A DNA stretch of 63,572 nucleotides, counting the filler, from Octopus bimaculoides (taxonomy: Eukaryota), in assembly GCF_001194135.2 (NCBI RefSeq). It is 5 parts of 4 records of this genome, joined end to end, with 100 filler letters (N's around TTAATTAATTAA, not from the genome) between each part and the next. Parts side by side here need not be neighbours in the genome. Positions count along the whole stretch, not along the records: positions 22,719 to 42,882 come from NC_068985.1; 4 more parts are not named here. One strand, given 5' to 3'. The notes under the pieces are model-generated. The model had not been told where the DNA came from, did not search any database, and was given only the letters and a program-made list of their open reading frames with translations. Numbering within the stretch: position 1 is the first letter of the stretch; the number at the start of each line of letters is the position of its first letter. Both the position numbers and the translations under genes were made by a program. Positions 28,277 through 41,576 of the stretch are shown here, piece after piece.

Positions 28277-28480
28277 GGCGGCGAAATGGCAGAATCATTA
28301 GCATGCCGGTCAAAACGCTAACCGGCGTTTCGCCCGTCTTTACGTTCTGAGTTCAGCTTTGAATTTTTTCTTTCAGGGTCGATAAAATAAGTATCAGTTG
28401 AGCACTGAGGTCGATGTAATCTACTTTCCCGTTCTCCCAGGATTGCTGAATTTGTGTCAAAAATTTGAAATCAATAATTT
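28277..28480 (+). mobile_element. SINE family A
   Basis: ggcggcgaaatggcagaatc head plus conserved body. Confidence 0.8.
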
Positions 28481-29574
28481 ATTACAGACATTCTCAGCAC
28501 GCTGACATGAAGACACACTGTTTCTTCTCTCTAGCCTTTCCTTTGCTGCTTGCAACATTCTATTAGTCTCCTTAACGGCTTACAGGCATATTTCGATACT
28601 GACCCACACTCGGTACACTTGCAGCTTAGTTCTTTTGCCATTTTTATTGTGTAACCTTAACTCACCGTCATCGAATTCCTCAACTGAAATACTTTGGCGA
28701 TAGACGCAGGGTAAAGGGGAACAAATTTTATTAAGACGTAAATTTGATAAAATCTGATTCCTGCTTCGAGCACACAATTATGAAACCGATGATGATGACA
28801 ACTACAATGATGACAACGACAATGATGACGACGATGAAGACGATAACAGTAATAACGATGATAATGTTGATGAATATGATAACGATGCTTTATTTTTGTT
28901 AACGTTAGTCTTCAGTTGTTAAGTTCTTCACATGAAAGTCTCTTTCAGTTTCTCCTACTCTCTCACATTCTTTATTTCTCTCTATCTCTCCTTCTTCCCA
29001 GTAGCCGTGTTTTATTTCTCTCCTACCATCGCTCTTTTCGCAAGACAGCGGGAGGTAACTCGTTGTCATTTTCGTTTTGGTTTTGTTTTTTTATCCAATT
29101 TTCAGATTTAACTTGTCGCATGAAGACATCCGTAACCTATCACCTGCTACTTTTTACCTGTTAACTAGTTGGTTGTATTTACAGCTTTCGCTCCATTTAC
29201 AAATGTAAAGAACACGGATTCGGTTCCTTCTTTGTATGCTTCAACACGTTTCTCGTGAGTTCGCATTGGCTGCCATCAATGTTTTGATGTGTAGATCAAA
29301 TATAGTAAATACTTTGTACGCATGTACAGAGAGCGAGACGAACACGCAAGCACTTTCTCTCTCTCTATCTTTCTCTCTCTCTATCTTTCTCTCTCTCTCT
29401 TTCTCTCTCTTTATCATGCACATGTACAGGTACACACTCATATTAACAGAGACATGCACGCACACGCACATGCGCACCAAAAGATAAACGCACCTACAGA
29501 CACACTATCAGTAGCTTTTTTTTTTTTAAATAAGTCTATCAATCTGTGTGTATGTCTATCTAACTATCTATCTA

Positions 29575-29605
<31 letters not shown>

Positions 29606-29620
29606 TATTTCTTTATTGAT

Positions 29621-29817
29621 CACAAGGGGCTAAACATAGAAGGGACAAACAAGAACAGACAAAGGGATTAAGTCGATTATATTGACCCCAGTGCGTAACT
29701 GGTACTTAATTTATCGACCCCGGAAGGATGAAAGGCAAAGTCGACCACGGCGGAATTTGAACTCAGAACGTAACGGCAGACGAAATACCGCTAAGCATTT
29801 CGCCCGGCGTGCTAACG
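29621..29817 (-). mobile_element. SINE family A
   Basis: High identity to the reverse complement of 13596-13832. Confidence 0.88.
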
Positions 29818-29975
29818 TCGATCTATCTATCTATCTATCTATCTAATCTATCCATCCTCGTGATTTACTCTATGTATTACTTGTCTGCTATCTACCTACA
29901 TTCATACCTCCCTAGCTAGCTACTAAGCTACCAAGATACCTACCTACCTACTTATACATCAATGAATCAATCAGT

Positions 29976-30041
<66 letters not shown>

Positions 30042-31887
30042 GTGTGTGTGTGTGTGTGTGTGTCTGTCTGTCTGTTTGTCTGTGCGTTTTTCCGCTTGTC
30101 TGTCTGTAACGTTTGTCTGTCTGTCTGTCGCTAACGAAATACAATCTTCCCAAAATATATACATGTAAATAAACAATACGTAAATCTTGTAAACACAGCC
30201 AAAAACAGAAGTACACACGAACACACACACACACACAGACACACACACACACACAGGCATCCCTCCACACGCATGCACACACACACAGAGAAACAAACAG
30301 ACATATGAAGCATATCATATAAAAACATAGAAAATGTATACTTGCGGAATTTTACTATGTATTTTAACATAATAATACATCTATTTTTGCGTAGATAAAA
30401 ATATCACCATTGTATCAAATATTCGTCCAAGAAGCCGTTTTATCAAACAAGCTACAAATTATATTTGACTTCAAAAGATTTTGTGACAGAATTGGTCTGG
30501 AACAGAATTATTCAAAGTTTCTATGCTCAAGAGACACGTATTTTTTGTGTGTATGTGCTGTCTCAGTGAAAGCGGAATATGTACACAAAAATAAATTTTC
30601 TAGTTGAAATTATTATTTATGTATTATTTGATTTTATTATTAATATTATTTTGGGTTTAAGTGGTGGATTCTCCGTCGATCTCGACGATGAGTGTGCGAT
30701 TGTCTGGACTACGTACTCGTGAATGTAACGTGAGAGCAACCTTTGTATTCCTCGGTCTTATATAGTCTTGATGTAATTGAATTCTGAGGTCGAATGTGCG
30801 AGACAGTATCCGGCAAGGATCTACTCATGTATTACAGGTAAGAGAGAGAGAGAGAGAGAGAGAGGGGTGGGGAAGAAGAAGATAAAGAAGAAGAAGCGGA
30901 AAAAGAGGAAGAAGAACAGGAAACAGAAGAAGAGGAAGAAGTAGAAGAAGAAGAAGGGGAAGTAAAAGAGGAAGAAGATGAAGAGGAAGAAAAAGAGGAA
31001 GCGTGTGTGTGTATGTGTGTGTGTGGATGTATGTGCGTGCGTGCATGTGTGTGTGTGTGTGTACTTCTGTTTTTGGCTGTGTTTGCAAGTATTATATATT
31101 GTTTATATGTACATATTTTGGGAAGATTGTATTTCATTATCGACAGACAGACAGACAGACAAACGGAAAAACGCACAGACAGACAGACAGACACAAGCAC
31201 ACACACACACACACACACACACACATGCAGCTAGATAGATAGATAGATAAACTGATTGATTGATTGATGTATAAGTAGGCAGGCAGGCAGGCAGGTAGGT
31301 AGGTAGGTATCTTGGTAGCTTAGTAGCTAGATAGGTAGGCACTTTTGCTAGGGGCGACAGACAGTTTTCATCTGTCTGCTGAAATTGACGAAAGACATGG
31401 TGTAGTGAGCGAAATAAGGTGTAATGTTCTTGTTTTATTGGAACCATTACACTACTATATTCTATAATGAGATAAATCTTTGTAAAACTTTTGAGCGTTG
31501 TGGTTGAGGACTTAATCAAAATATGTAAAGCGATGTCGATGAATAAAAGACAAAGATAAATGTATTGTAATGCCTTGCATAGGATGTTTAATAATCTTTT
31601 AATATTTTCCGTTTATATTTGGAAAAGGGATTTATCGCGAAATATTTTAGGATTATTAAACTACCTTTGTAAAGTTACACAATATCTTTGTCTTGCATTC
31701 GTTTACATTGTTCGAGATATTTTGATTAGCTCCTCAACCGCTTTGTTAAAAGATTTTACAAATATTTATCTCATTACTTACATACTGCATCGCTTCGAGC
31801 TAATTCCAATATTCTATACAATGTTTTATCATTTGATTTATGGTTGAAACCGCATAAAAATGCTTATCTATTTTTGTTTATCCAAGT

Positions 31888-32097
31888 CAGTGGTTCTCAA
31901 CAGACTTCCATATGACCCTTGGGGATCCATATAAATTTTTTTGTCAAAATTTTATGATCAATAAATTGGTCATCCTTCTACACTATACAAAATATTTCAG
32001 TAATTTCTGATAATATTTAATTCTAAAAATATAATAGTATTTTTTTTTAATGAATGGCTAATAGGTTCACCCGAGTAAAGTAGGGAATAAAGAAGTC

Positions 32098-32135
<38 letters not shown>

Positions 32136-32147
32136 TGAGAACCACTG
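31888..32147. mobile_element. hAT-family MITE
   Basis: TIRs cagtggttctcaac / gctgagaaccactg; TSD atccaagt / atccaagg (7 of 8 match). Confidence 0.85.
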
Positions 32148-32292
32148 ATCCAAGGTTAACATTGTTATTATTTCCTTATTCAGTTGTTTGATGATGAGTC
32201 TTACTTCGTCTGCTGCTGTTTTCGTAGCTTTTATTTATTTTTTTCTTTTACAGGTTTCGGACGTTGAAATTCTTTTCTTTTCTATTTTTTCT

Positions 32293-32737
32293 ATTCTAGG
32301 CACAAAGCCCTAAATTTTTGGTGGGAGGGATCCACTTGATTACATCGACCTCAGTACGCAACTAGCACTTAATTTATTGACCCCGAAAGGATGAAAGGCA
32401 AAGTCGACTTCGACGGAATTTGAACTCAGAACGTAAAGACAGACGAAATACTGCTAAGCATTTCGCCCGGCGTGCTAATGTTTCTTTTATTTATTTTTTT
32501 CTTTTACAGGGGCTAAACATAGAAGGGGCTAAACATAGAGAGGACAAAGAAGGACAGATAAACGGATTAAGTCGATTATATCGACCCTAGTGCGTAACTG
32601 GTACTTATTTAATCGACCCCGAAAGGATGAAAGGCAAAGTCGACCTCGGCGGAATTTGAACTCAGAACGTAACGGCAGACGAAATACCGCTAAGCATTTC
32701 GTCCGTCGCGGTAACGTTTCTGCCAGCTCGCCGTCTT
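32293..32737 (-). mobile_element. Two tandem SINE family A copies with different tails
   Basis: About 32293-32485 and 32487-32737; both contain gaccccgaaaggatgaaaggcaaagtcgac. Confidence 0.88.
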
Positions 32738-33659
32738 TCAGGCGTTGAAATACTGGAGCACCACCTTAAGGAACATGGTAACCGGAAGATGGCAGCAGCG
32801 AAGCTTCTACTTAGAGACGGGATGGTGTGATGGCGTGATGGCACAATAGCACACTGGCATAATGGCGCGATGGCGGCCGGCGACTTCATCCGCACTCCCT
32901 TTCAAAAACTCGAACGGAGGCTGTGATAGTCATTGCTATGTAACAGCGATGCTTTATGTTTATTAACGGTATCCTTCAGTTATTAGGTTCTGAAAATCAA
33001 AGTCTTTCTCGGTCTCCCTTTCTTTCGTTCCCTATTTATCTCTAGCTCTCCTTTTCCCCAATAACCACGCCTTCTTTCTCTCCCATCACTTCTCTCTCTT
33101 CTCACATGATAACAGGAAGTAACTCGTCATTTTTTTTTTTCAACTTTCAGATTAATTTGTCGCGTGAAGTTAAAACGATATGAACCACAAATTACAACAA
33201 ATTACCCCCAAAAGCAACAAATGTTGTCATTTTAACTATGGTCCTTATCGTGTAGCTCAATTTTAATTCTCATCAAAGGGCTTCCAGCCGTGACCGTCCA
33301 CTCCTTTTTGTATATCTATGATGACTAAATTATCCTTTCCTTTCTTTTTTTGATATTAGAGTGTTAACATTTTTCGTTCATTTTCGCTATGGCTGCCGAT
33401 AGTGTTGTTGCCGTTATTCTTGTTGTTCTACCACAGACAAGCTCTGATCAAAGAGAATTCCTGAACCAAAGCATTCCAGCCATGACCAACCTGCCATTTA
33501 CTATATTCCTATAAGTATATTGTTGATTGTTCGATCTTTCTTTTAGGTGTTAATTGCGGGTGATTTAGCTACTGTTTTTCGCTGGTCGAACGACCACATA
33601 GCGATTCGCTCATTGGCTCGTTGTTGTAATAGTTGCTATGGTTATCAGTATTGTTACTG

Positions 33660-33848
33660 CTGTTATAGTTGTTGTTTGTTAGTGTTTCTCTTGTTGTTGT
33701 TGTTGTTGATGATGACGATGATGATGTCTTTATAGCTGTGGTGTCTTACCGTTGTTGCTCTTCTTGCTATGATGTTCTCATTTCACTGTTCCTACTCTCC
33801 TCGTCAATTTTTTTCGCTATTTTCTCCTCTTCCAGCCACGTATTCTTT

Positions 33849-33886
<38 letters not shown>

Positions 33887-34420
33887 TAGCATCATCATCA
33901 TCTTCTTCTTCTTCTTCTTCTTCTTCTTCTTCTTCTTCTTCTTCTTCTTCTTCTTCTTCTTCTTCTCCTTCGTTGTCGTCATCATCATCATCATCATCTT
34001 GTTGTTGTTGTTGTTGTTGTTGTTCTTCTTCTTCTTCGTTGTCGTCGATATCATCATCATCATCATCTTGTTGTTGTTGTTGTTCTTCTTGTTCTTCTTG
34101 TTCTTGTTTTTCTTCTCGTTCTTCTTGTTTTTTCTCCTCCCTTCTTCTTTTTCTTCTTCTCCTCCCTCTTTTTCTTTTTCTTCTTCTTCTTCTTCTTCTT
34201 CTTCTTCTTCTTCTCCTTCTTGTTTTTGTTCTTGTTCTTGATCTTCTTGTTGTTCTTGTTGTTGTTGTTGTTCTTGTTCTTCTTGTTCTTCTTCTTGTTC
34301 TTCTTGTTCTTCTTGTTCTTCTTGTTCTTGTTCTTCTTGTTCTTGTTGTTGTTGTTGTTGTTGTTGTTGTTCTTCTTCTTCTTCTTCTTCTTCTTCTTTT
34401 ACTTCTTCTTTTTCCTCCTC
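33660..34420. repeat. Compound trinucleotide repeat (GTT/GAT/CAT/CTT)
   Basis: Alternating pure triplet blocks over about 760 bp. Confidence 0.95.
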
Positions 34421-35078
34421 CTTCCCTCCCCAACCCAACTCATCCTCTCTTTTCTACACCTCTTCCATCATTTCCTCCACCCTCCTCTTCTCTTCGCCAC
34501 CATTCTTCCATCACCATCACCACCACCGCCACAACCACTACCACTCCCCGCCTGTCCCCTCTCTCTCTCTTCCCCAACCACTCCTTCCTTACTAATGCGT
34601 TTAGGGACAGTTGTATATATATTTTTCTTCTTCTCTTCTTCAATTCTTCATTTTCTTGCCTTCTTTTAAACTACAACTCATCCGCCACCATCCCTTCACA
34701 CACATACACGTCTCTTTCGTATTTCAAGAGATCATCTCTCAACGGACGCCCGTTAAAACCTCCGATTGATGTATTATTCCAGAGATGAATCAGCCTGCAT
34801 GACAGCCGAAAGAATTCTAAAAGCCATATTGAAAAACCACTAGAAAGATTGGCTCAGCATTAATGAGCCACGCTTGTTTGAATTTATTGTCTTTTATACA
34901 TGTGTGTGTATAGGTCTCTCTCTCTCTCCGTCTCTTCCTCTCTCTCTCTCTCTCTCTATCTATCGATTTATCAAACTACCCAACTGTAGATGTATGTATG
35001 TATGTATGCATGTATGTATGTATCTATCTATCTATCTACTTATCTCTCTGTCAGTATATCTATCTGTCTGTCCGTTTA

Positions 35079-35150
<72 letters not shown>

Positions 35151-36918
35151 GTCTGTCTATCTATCTATCTATCTATCTATCATTATTTATGTGCGTGCGT
35201 GTGTGTCTGTGTATTTGCGTATATGCTCGTATATACGAAAAGATTACACCCCATCCACTCATTTTTGCAGTTTCAACACGAAATACACGGTATTCACCGA
35301 TCCACGACACTTAAAAAACAACAACACAAGAAAAACATGACATATTAGCTACACGAGAACAACATTACCACCTACCTAACTTCACTAGCGTCATATCAAT
35401 GGCCACATAAAATATGAAAGGTTTATCTGTCGTACCCTGCATACTGGAGATTATTTTTATTTTAGCAAAAAACAAAAACAAAACAAAAAAAACGTGCCTG
35501 AAAATCTACAAGTATCTGCAAAGTTTTTATTTTCATAATTACAAACAAGGTGAATGGAGTAAGCAGGTCTTTTTATTACATCAATTTACAATTGCTTCGT
35601 CGAAATTCGATCTCATGAATATTGCTATATTTTGCAGCAATATATGCAACAATTTATTCATGAGGTCTTGAACTCAATTCATCAGTATTATGCTGTCATG
35701 TTAGTTTTTGAAAACTCTTGAATTGTGAAATTATCTCCCCTTCTCAATTGGAGCTAGTTTCAATTGCCGCTTAGTAATTATTATACATCCTCTACAGGCG
35801 TAGCTAATTTAAATAAACTAAGGATTTATGCTTAATGGTATTTGATATATCTGTATTTGTCCATGTTATTCAAATATATGACACTGGACGTGGCCGAGGA
35901 GTGTGAAACCACTTCTTAGCCAGTGTTATTCACCGGTTTACTCTGACCTGGAGTAGCAATACCTGTCCAGGTCCTAGCCATAAGATCAACTGGTGATCCT
36001 GGTCCATCTCACTTCAGTCAGTCACAAGTTGCCAATCACAGAAGCTCAGAGCGTTGCACTCATGTTAAACATGCGTTTATCACTACAAGCCAATGACGTA
36101 CAGATGTCTCCTTATCGTGACCTCATTTGTCATCGCAACTAATGAAAGTCCTATGGCGATGAAAGAATGGTGATGTGTGCAGACCAAACCAGTTGGAAGC
36201 GCACAGTGAGTTACAGCTTTCGTTTGTCACACACACTTTAAACCACGGACGTCTTCTGCAGCGGGTCTGAATCGTCATCTGAGAGGTCAAGGATGGGAAG
36301 TCAGAAATGCAATTGATAATTAGGAAGCACGGAGAGATGGCAATCATCTGTGAAGATGGAGCAATCACCATCTCTCTCTCTCTCTCTCTCTCTGTCTATT
36401 TACCTGTCTGTCTCTCTGTCTGTCTATCTATCCATCCATCCATCCATCCATCTGTCTGTCTGTGTGTCTGTCAGTCTCTCTATCTGTCTCTGTCTGATTG
36501 TCTTTTGCACACACACACACACACATAGGAAATACAAAAGCATACAGTAATATTCATACAGATCCCAGCTCCCCTTTTCTCACTCTGTACTTCGTCTCTC
36601 TAATTCCCTTTTTCTCCCTCCCTTCCTATATCCCCCCTCTCTGTCTCTCTATCTCTCTGACACTCAAACACCCCCATACTCACATTCTCTTTTTAATTCT
36701 CCCTTACTCTCCATTCTACTCTTTTTATCACCGAAACCCTCTCCTCCTCCTCCTCCTCCTTTCTCTATCAATTTCCACACCGCTCACACTCTCTCTCTCT
36801 CCCTCTCTCTGCCTTGCGTCTCACAGCTTCTCTCATTCAAGTCTCTTTCATTTCTCTCCTTTTACTCCATGCTTTTCTTTCCGCCTCTTCTTTCATTCTT
36901 CCTTTTCTCCTTTCTTTT

Positions 36919-36919
<1 letters not shown>

Positions 36920-36976
<57 letters not shown>

Positions 36977-37066
36977 CTCGAGGACGACGACGAACACCAT
37001 CACCAGATCAACAGCAGCAGAAACAGCAGCAGCAGTAGTAGCAGCAGCACCACCACCACCACCACC

Positions 37067-37115
<49 letters not shown>

Positions 37116-37500
37116 TGTATTCTGCTGNNNNNNNNNNNNNNNNNNNNNNNNNNNNNNNNNNNNNNNNNNNNNNNNNNNNNNNNNNNNNNNNNNNNNNNNN
37201 NNNNNNNNNNNNNNNNNNNNNNNNNNNNNNNNNNNNNNNNNNNNNNNNNNNNNNNNNNNNNNNNNNNNNNNNNNNNNNNNNNNNNNNNNNNNNNNNNNNN
37301 NNNNNNNNNNNNNNNNNNNNNNNNNNNNNNNNNNNNNNNNNNNNNNNNNNNNNNNNNNNNNNNNNNNNNNNNNNNNNNNNNNNNNNNNNNNNNNNNNNNN
37401 NNNNNNNNNNNNNNNNNNNNNNNNNNNNNNNNNNNNNNNNNNNNNNNNNNNNNNNNNNNNNNNNNNNNNNNNNNNNNNNNNNNNNNNNNNNNNNNNNNNN

Positions 37501-37570
<70 letters not shown>

Positions 37571-37575
37571 TGTAT
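36920..37575. repeat. (ACT)n/(CAG)n/(CAC)n compound repeat spanning a gap
   Basis: Directly visible. Confidence 0.92.
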
Positions 37576-37941
37576 TCTGCTGTTGCGCTGCTGCCACCGC
37601 CGCTGCCACTGCTGTTTATAAGAGCTTTCACTAACTATTCATAATAGTTCCATTTGACCAGACACAAAGCCAATTTTGTAGGCTAGCGATTATAGTCGAA
37701 TCGATCTCTAGTATCTTCTATTTATTTTATCGATCATGAACCTATACAAGAACATGGGTGGTTGAATCGATTGAGGTGCTGGACAACCAACAGAAAGGTC
37801 GGCAATTCTACTCTGACGTCGACGTTTTTCGAAAACATTTTTCGTTTTAAAATTTCGTGTATCGATGAACTTAATTCCCGCTCTGTCTCGGAGGTAGGTA
37901 GATGTCTCTACCGAGCAGAAAATACGTTCAACAGGGAGGAT

Positions 37942-38647
37942 TTTGTTGTTGTTGGCACTCCGTCGCTTACGACGTCGAGGGTTCCAGTTGATCCGATCAA
38001 CGGAACAGCCTGCTCGTGGAATTAACGTGCAAGTGGCTGAGCACTCCACAGACACGTGTACCCTTAACGTAGTTCTCGGAGATATTCAGCGTGACACAGT
38101 GTGACAAGGCTGGCCCTTTGAATTACAGGCACAACAGAAACAGGAAGAAAGAGTGAGAGAAAGTTGTGGTGGAAGAGTACAGCAGGGTTCGCCACCACCC
38201 CCTGTCGGAGCCTCGTGGAGCTTTAGGTGTTTTCGCTCAATAAACACTCACAACCGCCCGGTCTGGGAATCGAAACCGCGATCCTATGANNNNNNNNNNT
38301 CCAGTTGATCCGATCAACGGAACAGCCTGCTCGTGAAATTAACGTGCAAGTGGCTGAGCACTCCACAGACACGTGTACCCTTAACGTAGTTCTCGGAGAT
38401 ATTCAGCGTGACACAGTGTGACAAGGCTGGCCCTTTGAATTACAGGCACAACAGAAACAGGAAGAAAGAGTGAGAGAAAGTTGTGGTGGAAGAGTACAGC
38501 AGGGTTCGCCACCACCCCCTGTCGGAGCCTCGTGGAGCTTTAGGTGTTTTCGCTCAATAAACACTCACAACCGCCCGGTCTGGGAATCGAAACCGCGATC
38601 CTATGACCGCGAATCCGCTGCCCTAACCACTGGGCCATTGCGCCTCC
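37942..38647 (-). mobile_element. tRNA-derived SINE family C with (CAA)n tail; body duplicated across a 10-N gap
   Basis: Head ggaggcgcaatggcccagtggttagg...ggtttcgattccc. 11-bp TSD acagggaggat at 37931-41 and 38648-58. Confidence 0.9.
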
Positions 38648-38659
38648 ACAGGGAGGATA

Positions 38660-39080
38660 TTAGTAATACCATAATGGCTGTTAGGGAGGTGCTAGCAAAA
38701 TCGTTAACACGTTCGACGAAATGCTTAACAACCCTTTTTCTGGATCTTTACGTTCTGAGTTCAAGTTACGTTGAGATCAGCTTTAACTTTCATTCTACCG
38801 TCTCATTCGAACGGGGTCGATATAATTAAGTAGCCCCGTCTTCGCAACATTTCAGGCATTGTGCCTATAGCAGAAAGGATTAATATCATTATTCCGTGCT
38901 GGACAATATACTTAGCGGCATTTCTTCCGTCTCTTTACGTTCAAAGTTCAAATGCTGCCGAGGTCGATTTTTGCCTTTCATCTTTCAGGATCGACATAAT
39001 AAATATATCATTTGAGTACTGACATCGATCTAACCGATTTCTCCGCCTCAAAATTTGTTGGCCTTATGCCAAAACTAGAA
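38660..39080 (+). mobile_element. Two decayed SINE family A copies
   Basis: Repeated ttacgttc...gagttcaa and tttcat...gtcga blocks. Confidence 0.7.
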
Positions 39081-39469
39081 AGTGTTCTTGATATTATCAA
39101 TCAAAAGCCAAGAGATGATTCTCTGAGGTATTCTAACAACCGCAACAAGCCTCTTTAAATCCGAAGCATCTTTCTTAGGATTCTTACAAAATACAGGATG
39201 GTACTTCTTTCCAGATCAACAAAAAGTACCTCAGTTCCAGTACCTTTCAGGCAATAATTCAATTATGACGAGTGCACCAATTACCACAGGAACAATTTTC
39301 GCCTTTGTGTTAAACTATTTTCTTCATTCAACCGGTTAGATTCTGCTATTTATTAATTTTCACAATTTCTTTGATACCCAGTCTACTTTCATATGGTATT
39401 GTATAACCTATGATCGTATACTGTTTGATTTTCTTTCTTTCTTTTTTTTGCCTTCTACTTTCGTATCCG

Positions 39470-40224
39470 GTCTGCTTGTGACAAAAAACAAAAATCAACG
39501 AACCACAATCTCCGCTGGTTTGCTTGCTCGTCACCGCTCAACTCATGGACACAAGCAACGATTTCTTTACCGAATGGTTACTGGCGACGAAAAATGGTGC
39601 CTGTACATCAATATGAAGCAGCGTAAGGAATGGCTTAGCCCGGTAAATAAGCGACACCGCGCGTGAAACAAGATCTTCATCCGCGTAAAACGATGTTGTG
39701 CGTATAGTGGGACTGGGAAGGGATTATCCATTACGAATTGCTTGAACTGAACCAAACGTTCAACGCGGAACTCTATGTCCAAAAGATGGAACAACTCAAC
39801 ACGGCTATTCAAGAGAAAAGACCTAATCGGCAGCATGGAGTTCTTTTGCTGCATGACAACACCTGCCCTCATATCGCCAATATGACCAAGGAATCCATTC
39901 AAACGCATTGCTGGGAAGTGTTGTCACACTCGCCGTACTCTCCTGATTTGGCACCAACAGATTTCCGCCTCTTTTGATCTCTTTCAAATGCTATGCGCGG
40001 AGTTTCGTTCAATACTGATGCAGAATTGAGAGCTTGGTTGGATCAATTTTTCGAGTCAATTCCTACCAACGAGGTATTGAACATCTTGTTGAACGTTGGG
40101 AAGAAGTTGTAAACAATAAGGGTGAATACATTAATGATTAATTAGTTGTTATTTTTAATGAAACCTTTTAAAAATTTTAAATTAAAGAAAAAAAAACGGC
40201 GGGAACTTAGTTGCCAACCCAATA
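39470..40224 (+). mobile_element. Mariner (DD34D) transposase relic with right TIR
   Basis: VTGDEKW, LLHDN + 34 residues + D in HSPYSPDLAPTDF. Right TIR reverse complement is tattgggttggcaactaagttcccgccgtttt, ending at 40224. Confidence 0.92.
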
Positions 40225-41576
40225 CATAAATGAACTATACTTAGATTCGTATCAATTGTGACTTTTATATCACTTTGAATATGTCAAAAAAATCCTTCCC
40301 GAGGGTATCCATTCATAATTTGCAAAATACCAAACTTTATGCAGTAAAATATCTTCTTCTGAAGTAAGTCTAAGATGTATAACTCTATCAGTTCATAAGC
40401 CTCAGCTCTATCGTTCAACCTCGTGGCTGTATCAAACAATTCCTCATAGCAGTGTTTAATTCAAAATGATTTATCATAAAGTAGCAATGATCCCCAAGCA
40501 AACATGATAAAATTAATGTCTGAATCACTTGCTGGAATAAAATCTCTAATTCTTAATCTTTCTGAATAACCAACCTATGTTATAGACAGATGGAACTCTG
40601 TTACGTCGAGCTACATAATTGTTTAAACGTGCCAATTCTCTATTGCTGAATCACTCAATAAGTGATATATTACTTCATAACAGAAGAGAGGTGACTCGTT
40701 TAATGTTAAGAATTTGGAATCTAAAATATATTTATGAACTTACGAATCTCACTTCGTGGATTTAGCAATCTACATTTGGCGTTCTCAAGAAAATTATCTT
40801 AATGATGTTTAAATGTAATGTGTGATGTATGTGTACGTATATCACTTTTTCCCAGGTTTATTAATCTGAATTTGGAGTTGGCAAGAAAATTATCTTTATG
40901 ATGTTTAAATGTAATGTATGGATTATGTGTCACTGAAGTGTCTACCTTTTCGTATTAGTTTTTTTCTTTTATTTCCAAACTAATAACATATGAAGTACTA
41001 AAGTGATGTGTTAAAGCAACATGTCTAATATGCGTGGCTATCAGTTCCGTAGGTATGGTAGTTTTTGCCAAGAAACACACCTGCGCTCTGCTTCTTTTCT
41101 TTAATTTTGTTAAGTCTTAAGGAATATTTTGAAAGTAGTTGAATGATATTTCAAAACTTTTTTTATGCTTAAATGAATAGTTTCGAAACGTTCCATTCCT
41201 TTGAATTAGGAAAACCAAACTTGTTTTCTTTTGTGGCACCCGTGTTACATTATTGAAAAAAAAAATCTTGATTAGATCTTCGGTCCTTTCATTTAGACAC
41301 TTAATTTGTCTGGTGTCGAGACAATATACTTGCAGAAAATTTCAGAATCAGCTGTTTTATTTCCAGCTTTTGTAATTCTGTCTCTGGATAGTGTTCGACT
41401 ACATGCCGTGTTTGTTCAGGTGAACAGATGAATGTCATCTTAATTGAATAAACGAATATGTAGCGATTTTTCGGAAACCAATTAAAACTTGAAGAGCAAT
41501 CATATTTCAATGTGTTAGTGTATATTATTGCTTATATAATGTTACGATACTCTCCAATCAATGCTCTCCAATCAAT

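Noticed and set aside
30440-30545. Plus-frame peptide LTSKDFVTEL as possible KHK exon 6
   Set aside because: Only SKDF matches; no convincing splice sites and poor flanking similarity.
35880-36100. Short hairpin (about 35880-35930) and two CCAAT boxes, one abutting TGACGT
   Set aside because: The hairpin is too short and bulged for a pre-miRNA, and the motifs are expected by chance; no linked gene.
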